Shown piece after piece: positions 56,042-64,000 of a stretch of 64,000 bases of DNA. A program made the position numbers and the translations under genes. The DNA is taken from assembly GCA_963719505.1 (NCBI GenBank), contig CAVRCF010000004.1:64001-128000 (forward strand). Reading direction: 5' to 3'. Position 1 is the stretch's first letter; the number at the start of each line of letters is the position of its first letter. The notes under the pieces are model-generated. The model worked only from the letters and a program-made list of their open reading frames with translations. It made no database searches and was not told the origin of the DNA. This stretch comes from Halobacteriovoraceae bacterium. GTDB taxonomy: Bacteria; Bdellovibrionota; Bacteriovoracia; Bacteriovoracales; Bacteriovoracaceae.

Positions 56042-57418
56042 CTACTTGGAAAAATGATTCCCAATTACCTTCTTGCGATAATTGAAAATACTTTCTACAT
56101 CTCGTTTAACATACCAACCGGCTACGGTTCTACCAAAACTCCCCAGAGGTAGTTTGTAGACGACATGATCCTTTATTAAGGTTCCGCCATTAACCTCGGT
56201 AAAGGTATGAGTGTGAACCCACTTGTTGTAAGGTCCCTTCTGTTGCTGATCTATAAACATTTCATTCTCTTCAAACTTACTAATAAGTGTTTTCCATTTA
56301 AAAGGAATTCCTCGAAGCTTTAGTTTGTAGTCAATTAAGGAGCCTTTTTGTATATTATCTGTGCTCATTCCTAGAACTTTAAATTGAAGATATTCCGGAG
56401 TTATTTTTTCAAGATTCTTTGCTTCTTTAAAAAAATCAAAAACAACATCCTTAGGCTCTTCTATCCATTGCTGTTCAAGTAAGAGTCCTTCTCCTTGCAC
56501 TTCGAATCGAAGAAGATTTCTCAGGGCATCTTCTAACTCTGAGAATTTAAACTTAAAGCCACTTTTTATAAAAGAGGTCGGCTCTATTCTTTGAGAAGAG
56601 AGAACAATTTTTGACATTTGTCCTAAAATTAACTTTAGAATCATTGCTGGTACAGGAAGAAAGGTTATTTTTCCTAAGACTTTATTTAATGTTTTTGTAA
56701 ATTGAGCGTTAGTCACTGGTTTTAATGAAACACCATTGAAGATTGTTTGAGTGGTTTCATTCTCAATAAGATAAATAAACATAGAGACAAGGTCATCGAT
56801 ATGAATCCAACTCATGAACTGATCACCACTGCCTAAACGTCCACCCAAATTAAATTTAAAGGCGGGAAGCATCTTTTGAAGGGCCCCACCTTGGGTAGAC
56901 AGAACAATACCAATTCTAATAATTGCTTTTGTTATTCCCTCTTGAGTATCTTGTAATAAAGTGTCTTCCCACTGCTTACACACATCGGCAAGAAAACCAT
57001 CTGCAGCTTTTTGCTCTTCATTAATAAGTTGTTCTGAACAGTCGCCATAAATTCCTATCGCTGAAGCTTGAATAAATTTAGTCTTCTGATTTGGATATTT
57101 TTTTAAAGCATCTATTAACAACTTAGTTGAATCGACACGAGAGTTGAGAATTCTGCGCTTGGTTTCTTCTGTCCAATATGATGCTACATTTTCTCCTGCC
57201 AGGTGAACAATATAGTCAACTCCCTCCACAGCTTTATCTTCTAGAGATTTTCTTTCAACATCCCACTCATAAAATGAAAGGGGAAGAAGGATCTCCTTTT
57301 TTGCTTTGGTGGCGTCTCTCGTTAAGATTCTTATCTCATAGCGATTAGACTCTATGAGAGCATCGAGCAGATGTGTTCCTACTAAACCCGTGGCACCAGT
57401 GATAAGTATTGTTTTCAT
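56042..57418 (-). CDS. TIGR01777 family epimerase fused to SRPBCC domain
   Basis: TGATGLVG, HLAGE, GSGDQFMSWIHIDD; C-terminal F.D.Q.KGPY..W.H.H.F, IFNYR. Confidence 0.92.
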   Translation of the reverse strand: MKTILITGATGLVGTHLLDALIESNRYEIRILTRDATKAKKEILLPLSFYEWDVERKSLEDKAVEGVDYIVHLAGENVASYWTEETKRRILNSRVDSTKLLIDALKKYPNQKTKFIQASAIGIYGDCSEQLINEEQKAADGFLADVCKQWEDTLLQDTQEGITKAIIRIGIVLSTQGGALQKMLPAFKFNLGGRLGSGDQFMSWIHIDDLVSMFIYLIENETTQTIFNGVSLKPVTNAQFTKTLNKVLGKITFLPVPAMILKLILGQMSKIVLSSQRIEPTSFIKSGFKFKFSELEDALRNLLRFEVQGEGLLLEQQWIEEPKDVVFDFFKEAKNLEKITPEYLQFKVLGMSTDNIQKGSLIDYKLKLRGIPFKWKTLISKFEENEMFIDQQQKGPYNKWVHTHTFTEVNGGTLIKDHVVYKLPLGSFGRTVAGWYVKRDVESIFNYRKKVIGNHFSK

Positions 57419-57871
57419 TTATTTTCCTATGAGGTCTTTTTTCATTTCTTCTTTGGCCGGATACTTTCCAATCCACGGGGCGAGCGCTAGTTTTGCTATC
57501 GTGGCTTCACTACTTTCATGAGTGACCTTGCCATTTTTAGAAATCGTGAGTTTTTGGTTTTCTGTTTTGAGTTCAAGTGTGTCACCTTCTTTCAAATCAG
57601 AGGTCGTTTCAATGAGCCATTTCTTGGCCTTAATCTCTTCAGGTTTTGTGTACTTCTCAAGGCCTGTCTCCCAACCTTCAACTGAATACTTTTTTTCTAC
57701 GTCACGCAGGTACTTTAACGAAATCTTTTGGTTCTCCCCATCTTTTAGGTATGAAGCTTTGTAGACGTCAATACCAAACATCGTAACTTCTAACAGGTGA
57801 GTTCCAATTAATTTGTATTGACCTGCAATTGCCGAGGAGACGATGAGAAATAAGAGGATAATTTTTTTCAT
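57419..57871 (-). CDS. Chalcone-isomerase-like secreted protein
   Basis: FGIDVY.A.Y, L.YLRDV, D..EGD.L, WIG..P. Confidence 0.7.
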   Translation of the reverse strand: MKKIILLFLIVSSAIAGQYKLIGTHLLEVTMFGIDVYKASYLKDGENQKISLKYLRDVEKKYSVEGWETGLEKYTKPEEIKAKKWLIETTSDLKEGDTLELKTENQKLTISKNGKVTHESSEATIAKLALAPWIGKYPAKEEMKKDLIGK

Positions 57872-58605
57872 GTAAGTTTTCCTTTGATTTTTATAATTCC
57901 TAGAAAATGGAGGACTTTTGCTATTTGATAAGTGACATCCACTTCAAAAAAGCGATAGGCAAAATTCATTCTTTTACCGTTTTTATGGTGATTGTTTTGA
58001 TAAAGCTCGCCCATCAGTAAGAAGTCTACTGGTAGCGTATTTTTACTATTATCTCCTAAATCAAAGTTACTGTAACCAAATTTATGTCCGGCGTAATTGA
58101 CGATTGCTCCCTGTATAGGCCCCATAAAGAAATGAACCAATAAAAACGGGTAAAAGTACCACTGTACGTCAAAGAAAAAATACATAACGAAGTAGATGGC
58201 AATCCAAAGTATCGTATTCCAATGGCTTTGTGAGAAACGGTCTAAACCTTTCCAATCCTTAAAATGAAGAGAAGTCTGGTGGTCTAACTGATTTGAGTCA
58301 TCAATTAAGCCCATATATTTTTCATATGTTTTTAACATCAAACGAACGAGATTTGGCTCTTGAATCGGTGAATGGGGATCAAGCTCTGTATCAGAGTGTT
58401 TATGATGTTCCATATGCATTAAAGCGTAGCTACTTGGGTGAAGAAAGCTTGGACCCTGAGTGAGCCAAGTTAAAAAATAAAAAGTCCTTTCCCAAAATGA
58501 GGATAGTTTATACATCTCGTGAGAGCAGTATCGATGTAGGAAAAATGTTTGAAAAAACAGCGAACTAAACCAGTGGGCCGTAATTAAAATAAGTACTGTC
58601 AGCAT
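57868..58605 (-). CDS. Acyl-CoA / fatty acid desaturase
   Basis: HRYCSH, HMEHH..SD...DPHSP, GELYQNNHH. Confidence 0.92.
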   Translation of the reverse strand: MLTVLILITAHWFSSLFFQTFFLHRYCSHEMYKLSSFWERTFYFLTWLTQGPSFLHPSSYALMHMEHHKHSDTELDPHSPIQEPNLVRLMLKTYEKYMGLIDDSNQLDHQTSLHFKDWKGLDRFSQSHWNTILWIAIYFVMYFFFDVQWYFYPFLLVHFFMGPIQGAIVNYAGHKFGYSNFDLGDNSKNTLPVDFLLMGELYQNNHHKNGKRMNFAYRFFEVDVTYQIAKVLHFLGIIKIKGKLT

Positions 58606-58823
58606 AAAATCCTCTTTATGTGGTTATTGTAGTGCCTAGAAAATGGAATTTCTACATTGTCGAACTCATGTATACATTTTATTGCAACCTTATTACTGGG
58701 AACTTTGGAAAAAGGTTACACACAATCGTATATGTGTAGAATATTACAAGGTTACTAATTTTGTTTTATTTCACTCTACATATGTCTATAATTTGACAAA
58801 ATAAATTTAAATAGGGGTTTCAA

Positions 58824-59600
58824 TTGACATTTATAATGCTCTTCGTCTTTTTTAATGTTTTCTATGTTATAGCGCGGTTTAAGAATGACTACGGTATCAT
58901 CGATGTCGCTTGGGGCTTGGCATTTTTCATTATCTTTTTAAGTTCCAATTATAGCGCCGTCCTCGCTGGTGATATAAGATACAATGTTTTGGGACTCGCG
59001 GTTTTTTTATGGGCCGTTAGACTCTCTGGATATATCCTCTATCGAAATTTGAAGTCTAATCACGAAGATAAACGCTATAAAGAGATGCGAGAAGATTATG
59101 GCGATAAAGTTGAAATAAAGATGTACATAAGAGTTTATATGCTCCAAGCAGTCTTGGCTTTAGTCCTTGGGATTGAACTGTACTTAATTTCATTTGACCA
59201 CTTTGAAAACTATAATACTTTTGGTTCAAAAACTGACCTCATTGGCCTTTTTATTTTTATCATTGGTTTTATTTGCGAAGCCCTAGCAGACTATCAAAAA
59301 GACCAGTTCAAATCTAAGCCTGGAAATACAAACAAAACCTGTAAAGTTGGTCTTTGGAGATATTCTCGACATCCCAATTACTTTGGCGAGTCTTTGTTGT
59401 GGTTTGGAATAGGTATTATTTGTCTAAACTATCTTCCTTTATATTTGGCATTTATTGGGCCATTATTGTTGACTATCTTTCTTTTAAAAGTCTCAGGAGT
59501 AACAATGCTTGAGAAAACTTACTCGGACAGAGAAGACTTTGAAGAATACAAGGAGAGGACAAGTGCGTTCATTCCTTGGTTTCCTAAGGAGAAAAAATGA
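58824..59600 (+). CDS. DUF1295 (steroid 5-alpha reductase-like) membrane protein
   Basis: IDVAWG, EDKRY, ADYQK, GLWRYSRHPNYFGE, SG..MLE, F.PWFP. Confidence 0.93.
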   Translation: MTFIMLFVFFNVFYVIARFKNDYGIIDVAWGLAFFIIFLSSNYSAVLAGDIRYNVLGLAVFLWAVRLSGYILYRNLKSNHEDKRYKEMREDYGDKVEIKMYIRVYMLQAVLALVLGIELYLISFDHFENYNTFGSKTDLIGLFIFIIGFICEALADYQKDQFKSKPGNTNKTCKVGLWRYSRHPNYFGESLLWFGIGIICLNYLPLYLAFIGPLLLTIFLLKVSGVTMLEKTYSDREDFEEYKERTSAFIPWFPKEKK

Positions 59601-59926
59601 ACAAGAAAATTTTGATCATCCTCTTTTTGACGTTATTTGCATTAATGTTGGGCTCCACCATCTATGCGTCTGGCCATCAAAACTTATTCACCGAGTTCTC
59701 TTTTTCTGGAAGCCCAGAGTGGTTTAAGGCCACGTTAATTGATTTCTATATTAACCAGTTCATTATTTGGCTTGCAAGTTGTTACTTTGTTCGTGGAAGC
59801 TTTAAGCGCTTTATTTGGTTAATCGTTTTTATTACTCTCGGGAGTATGGGAACATGCGCCTTTTTACTAATAAGACTATTTCAAAATAAATCTCTTGTCC
59901 AAAGAGACCATAAGGAGCTTATGTGA
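59597..59926 (+). CDS. DUF1475 family membrane protein
   Basis: WFKATLIDFY...GS..TC. Confidence 0.8.
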   Translation: MNKKILIILFLTLFALMLGSTIYASGHQNLFTEFSFSGSPEWFKATLIDFYINQFIIWLASCYFVRGSFKRFIWLIVFITLGSMGTCAFLLIRLFQNKSLVQRDHKELM

Positions 59927-60948
59927 TTGATTCGATGATAGGTAATGGCATTGTGCCTGACTTTGCTTTAAGACTTGGTATTAACAACCTTCTTAAGAAA
60001 AGACTTGAAGATGAATACGGAGATGATTTTGATAAGGCCGATAAAAGTAGGTTAGAGCTTATTGAGGAATTAAAAAATTCACCAGTGGCCATTGAGACTG
60101 ATAAAGCTAACGATCAACACTATATGGTTCCCCCAGAATTTTTTGTTAAATGTCTTGGTAAAACTCTGAAATACAGCAGCTGCCACTGGGATAAAGCAAA
60201 AAATTTAGATGAGGCAGAAATTGAGATGCTGGAGCTTACGATAAAGAGAGCTGGCATAAAAGATGGAGATAAGATTCTTGAGCTTGGTCATGGCTGGGGA
60301 TCCATCACTCTTTTTATGGCCCAAAAATTCCCTAATTCTAAAATTACAGCCGTGTCAAACTCTAAGTTTCAAGGTGACTTTATCATGGACCGAGCTAAAG
60401 AGAGAGGCCTTGATAATATCACCATCAATACTGCTGATGTCACAACCTTGGAACTTGATGAGAAATTTGATCGTGTCATTTCTATCGAGATGTTTGAGCA
60501 CATGAGAAATTACAAAGAATTGTTAAAAAGAATTTCTAGCTGGTTAAATCCAGAGGGAACACTTTTTGTTCATATTTTTGTTCACAAAGAATTAAGCTAT
60601 AAGTTTGACGTGGTCGATGAAACGGACTGGATGAGTAAGTATTTTTTCTCTGGTGGAATTATGCCAAGTGAACATCTATTGTATTATTTCAAAGACGACA
60701 TGGTTGTGGATCAACATTGGAGAGTCAACGGAACTCACTATGCTAAGACGGCAAGAGCTTGGCTTGAGAATCAAGACAACAATAAAGAATTTATCATGAA
60801 TCTTTTTGAGAAACATTATCCTAAAGGCGAAGCGAAGAAGTGGTTTAACTACTGGAGAGTCTTTTATATGGCGTGTGAGGAACTTTGGAATTACAAAGAT
60901 GGAACTGAGTGGTTCGTAGGTCACTACCTTTTAAAGAAGAATTCCTAA
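59923..60948 (+). CDS. SAM-dependent methyltransferase (CFA-synthase / coclaurine N-methyltransferase-like)
   Basis: ANDQHY.VP, KYS, LELGHGWGS, SIEMFEHMRN, WM.KYFF.GG.MP. Confidence 0.92.
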   Translation: MIDSMIGNGIVPDFALRLGINNLLKKRLEDEYGDDFDKADKSRLELIEELKNSPVAIETDKANDQHYMVPPEFFVKCLGKTLKYSSCHWDKAKNLDEAEIEMLELTIKRAGIKDGDKILELGHGWGSITLFMAQKFPNSKITAVSNSKFQGDFIMDRAKERGLDNITINTADVTTLELDEKFDRVISIEMFEHMRNYKELLKRISSWLNPEGTLFVHIFVHKELSYKFDVVDETDWMSKYFFSGGIMPSEHLLYYFKDDMVVDQHWRVNGTHYAKTARAWLENQDNNKEFIMNLFEKHYPKGEAKKWFNYWRVFYMACEELWNYKDGTEWFVGHYLLKKNS

Positions 60949-62192
60949 TGAAGAAACTAGCAATAATTGGCTCTGGCATCGCCGGTATGAGTGCTGCTTA
61001 TTTTCTAAAAGACGATTTTGAAATTACCCTATTCGAAAAAGGTAGCTATATTGGTGGGCATACAAATACAGTTGATGTTCATGATGGAGAAAAAGAGTGT
61101 CCTATGGATACAGGTTTTATGGTTTTTAATGAAAAGACCTATCCTTATCTGTTGAAACTTTTTAATAAGCTTGGTGTTCCCTACAAAAATACAGACATGA
61201 GTTTTAGCGTGAGAAATGAGCAGCTAGACTTAGAATTTAACGGGTCTTCATTGAGTGGTATCTTTTCACAAAGAAAAAATATTTTTAATTTTAAATTTTT
61301 GAAAATGATTAGAGAAATTTTAAAGTTTAATTCACATGCTCCAATAGTCATCGAGGATCCAAGGTATAAAGAAATGTCTATAGGCTCCTACCTTGCTGAA
61401 CGTGGCCATTCTGACTATTTTTTTGAAAATTTTCTCGCACCCATGAGTTCTGCTGTTTGGTCTACACCGACAAGTAAAATGAAGGATTTCCCCGCACGGT
61501 CTTTGGTACAGTTTTTTTATAACCACGGGTTTGTAGGAGTTAATACTCAGCTTCAATGGAAGACAGTTGATGGAGGAAGTCGAGTTTATAGGGATATCTT
61601 AATTGATTCTTTTAAGGATCAGATAAGGATCAATTCGGAAGTTGTTGGAGTGATTCAAAATGAGACAGGCTTTACCGTTCAAACCAATAAAGAAATAATT
61701 GAATTTGATAAGGTTATTATTTGTTCACATGCAGATGAAGCTTTAAAAATGCTAGAGAACCCAACCAAAGACCAAAAAGATGTCTTGAGCAAGTTTAAGT
61801 ATCAACTTAATATGGCCACCGTTCATACGGATAAAACTGTAATGCCAAACCTAAAAGCAAATTGGTCTTCTTGGAACTTTTTGATGAATAAGAGCAAGCA
61901 GTATACTGTCTATTACATGAACAGACTTCAAGGTGTGAGTGATAAAAAAGATTTCTTTGTCAATATCAACGGCGAGGAATTTGTTGATAAAAGTAAGATT
62001 ATTCAATCTATAGAATATCATCATCCTATCTTTGACGTCGAAAGTGCTATTGCTCAGACTAAAATTGATCAATTAAATGCCCAAGGAGAGATTCATTTTT
62101 CCGGTAGCTATTACCGTTATGGTTTCCACGAAGATGCGCTTTTATCTTCGGTTGAACTTTGTTCGACGATTTTAGGTAAGAGAGTTCTCTGA
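60948..62192 (+). CDS. FAD-dependent oxidoreductase (COG2907 / UfaD-like)
   Basis: IIGSGIAG, GGHTNT, DTGFMVFN, F.NHG, Y.MN.LQ, Y.HP, GFHED; start at ATG 60948. Confidence 0.92.
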   Translation: MKKLAIIGSGIAGMSAAYFLKDDFEITLFEKGSYIGGHTNTVDVHDGEKECPMDTGFMVFNEKTYPYLLKLFNKLGVPYKNTDMSFSVRNEQLDLEFNGSSLSGIFSQRKNIFNFKFLKMIREILKFNSHAPIVIEDPRYKEMSIGSYLAERGHSDYFFENFLAPMSSAVWSTPTSKMKDFPARSLVQFFYNHGFVGVNTQLQWKTVDGGSRVYRDILIDSFKDQIRINSEVVGVIQNETGFTVQTNKEIIEFDKVIICSHADEALKMLENPTKDQKDVLSKFKYQLNMATVHTDKTVMPNLKANWSSWNFLMNKSKQYTVYYMNRLQGVSDKKDFFVNINGEEFVDKSKIIQSIEYHHPIFDVESAIAQTKIDQLNAQGEIHFSGSYYRYGFHEDALLSSVELCSTILGKRVL

Positions 62193-62962
62193 TGCATTCC
62201 CTTGTTAACTTTGAAGTTTTGCATGCTCGGCATACTCCAAAGAAGTACAAATTTACTCATAGCTTTTTCTGGTTTAAATTTGACCTCGATAAGCTAGAGG
62301 ATTTTCCCTCTCAACTTCTTAGTGTTAATAAAGCAGGTCTCTATTCTTTTTGGGATAAGGATCATATGGACTTTGGCGCTGAGACGGCAAAAGAGAACTT
62401 TTTAAAATTCGCAAAGGAAAGTGGTTTTACCGGGAATGCAAAAAAAGTTATTCTCTATACTCAAACACGTTTTTTAGGCTATATATTCAATCCGGTTAGC
62501 TTTATTTTAATAACGGATGAACAAAATAGAGATCATGCTATCATAGAGATAGGAAATACCTTCAATGAACTCAAACCTTTTTTTGTTCACAACGATCACT
62601 TTAAAGACGATGGCTTTGTCTTTGACACTATTAAACATTTTTATATTTCTCCATTTATTGCCCTCGATAATAGGATGACCTTTAGATTCAAGAAGAATAA
62701 TGATCATCTTAGTATCCATATAGATGATTATAGTAAGACTGAAAAAACTCTGACTGTGGTCTTTAAAGGAAGTGAGATTGAAGCTTCTACGAAGAATCTT
62801 TTAATTAACACATTAAAATTTCCTTTTATTACTCTTAAAATAATAGGTCTCATTCATTTTCATGCTTTTGTCCTATGGATCAAAGGCATTAAGTACTATA
62901 AAAAATCAGAAAATATAGATATTCAAAAAGGAAACTTACCGTGGAAAAAAAAGAAAAAGTAG
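62192..62962 (+). CDS. DUF1365 family protein (UfaO-like)
   Basis: H.R..P, GY.FNPVSF, E..NTF.E, K.FYISPF, IH.HA..LW.KG. Confidence 0.93.
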   Translation: MHSLVNFEVLHARHTPKKYKFTHSFFWFKFDLDKLEDFPSQLLSVNKAGLYSFWDKDHMDFGAETAKENFLKFAKESGFTGNAKKVILYTQTRFLGYIFNPVSFILITDEQNRDHAIIEIGNTFNELKPFFVHNDHFKDDGFVFDTIKHFYISPFIALDNRMTFRFKKNNDHLSIHIDDYSKTEKTLTVVFKGSEIEASTKNLLINTLKFPFITLKIIGLIHFHAFVLWIKGIKYYKKSENIDIQKGNLPWKKKKK

Positions 62963-64000
62963 AATCTAAGGCATCTGTTTATCAAAAGATAGTCTTAAGT
63001 CTCCTTAAAAAATTTAAAAAAGGAAGCCTGGAACTTACTCTTCACACGGGAGAAGTTATTAATGTTGGAGATGGTAATGGCCATCATGCCCAGATTCATA
63101 TTCATGATATCTCTTTTTACAAAAGATGTGTTTTTTACGGTGACATTGGTTTCTCTGAAAGCTTTATGGATGGTCATTGGACAACGAATGACTTAACAAT
63201 GGTTGTTCGTTGGATTATAGACAATATTGAAACCTCTGGTGTCATGTCAGGATCTAAAGCAAAAACAATAGGTCTCAATTTTCTCGAAAAAATTAATAGG
63301 GCAAAACATTTATTTAATAAAAACTCTAAAGGTGGATCGGCAGCAAACATCTCCTACCACTACGATCTTAGTAATGAGCTCTATATGCTTATGCTTGATT
63401 CGACAATGAGTTACTCCTGTGGAATTTTTGACAAACCTGATACTGACTTACACCAAGCTCAACTTAATAAGTTAAAAACACTTTGTACCGATTTAGATAT
63501 TCAAGCCTCTGATCATATTTTAGAAATAGGATGTGGCTGGGGTGGTTTTGCTGTCTATGCGGCAAAAAACTATGGCTGTCGAATAACCGGAATTACGATC
63601 TCTAAAGAGCAGCTACAATACGCCAAAGCCTTAGTAAAAAAAGAAGGTCTTGAAGATAAGATCAATTTGATCTTTAAAGACTATAGAGAACTTGAAGGTA
63701 AGTTTGATAAGGTGGTTTCTATTGAAATGATCGAAGCCGTTGGAGATGAATTTTTACCGGAATATTTTGAGTGCATCGATCGACTTCTCAAAGATGATGG
63801 AGTAACCACTATTCAAGCAATCACAAGTCCAGATGCTCGTTATGAGTCTTTTAGAGATGGCGTCGATTTTATCCAAAAGCATATTTTTCCAGGCTCACTT
63901 TTGCCCTCAGTAAGAAAAATGAGTGATTCTTGTCGAAATACTCAGTTACAATTGGTCAATCTTAGAGATATTGGACCTCACTATGCCAAGACTTTGCGAA
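62941..64000 (+). CDS. cfa: Cyclopropane-fatty-acyl-phospholipid synthase family methyltransferase (UfaM/CfaS-like), truncated by window edge
   Basis: GTG start with SD AAGGA; NISYHYDLSN, MSYSC, LEIGCGWGG, SIEMIEAVG, FIQKHIFPG (missing from ORF track because no stop in window). Confidence 0.93.
   Translation, partial: MEKKEKVESKASVYQKIVLSLLKKFKKGSLELTLHTGEVINVGDGNGHHAQIHIHDISFYKRCVFYGDIGFSESFMDGHWTTNDLTMVVRWIIDNIETSGVMSGSKAKTIGLNFLEKINRAKHLFNKNSKGGSAANISYHYDLSNELYMLMLDSTMSYSCGIFDKPDTDLHQAQLNKLKTLCTDLDIQASDHILEIGCGWGGFAVYAAKNYGCRITGITISKEQLQYAKALVKKEGLEDKINLIFKDYRELEGKFDKVVSIEMIEAVGDEFLPEYFECIDRLLKDDGVTTIQAITSPDARYESFRDGVDFIQKHIFPGSLLPSVRKMSDSCRNTQLQLVNLRDIGPHYAKTLR

Noticed and set aside
1-64000. 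rRNA, tRNA, CRISPR array, prophage, known riboswitch
   Set aside because: No such patterns recognised by eye; a covariance-model scan would be needed to exclude small RNAs.

Overview
64 kb of AT-rich bacterial chromosome, densely coding, with many short secreted or lipoprotein orphans. Gene content and style suggest a predatory Bdellovibrionota bacterium (Bacteriovoracaceae-like); this is an inference. I saw no rRNA, tRNA or CRISPR array. Main contents: (i) two near-identical 1325-bp IS1202-family (ISNCY) elements in opposite orientation (24092-25416 and 39646-40970), each with its own 16-bp target duplication; (ii) a glucoamylase / Na+-sugar symporter / ROK kinase locus; (iii) two di-heme cytochrome c proteins (MauG/CcP-like and RoxA-like); (iv) a light/singlet-oxygen-type cluster at 52-64 kb (photolyase, TIGR01777, desaturase, DUF1295, methyltransferases, FAD oxidoreductase, DUF1365, cfa; resembles furan fatty acid genes); (v) RNA-metabolism and DNA-repair genes. 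The most striking observation concerns the IS. Both copies inserted at the same register and orientation next to one 15-bp quasi-palindrome (GTCTAAAAwTTArAC-N7-TGTAAA) that overlaps the stop codon of the upstream gene. The IS left end (GTCTAGTTTCTATA plus the C of the duplication) rebuilds a look-alike palindrome at the same position for the downstream gene. Also notable: widespread leaderless promoters (including 16-bp bidirectional ones), a signal-peptide-bearing peptide deformylase behind a secreted CHAD-like protein under a sigma28-like promoter, and an unannotated acidic secreted peptide. Family assignments are by eye from motifs, with no database searches.
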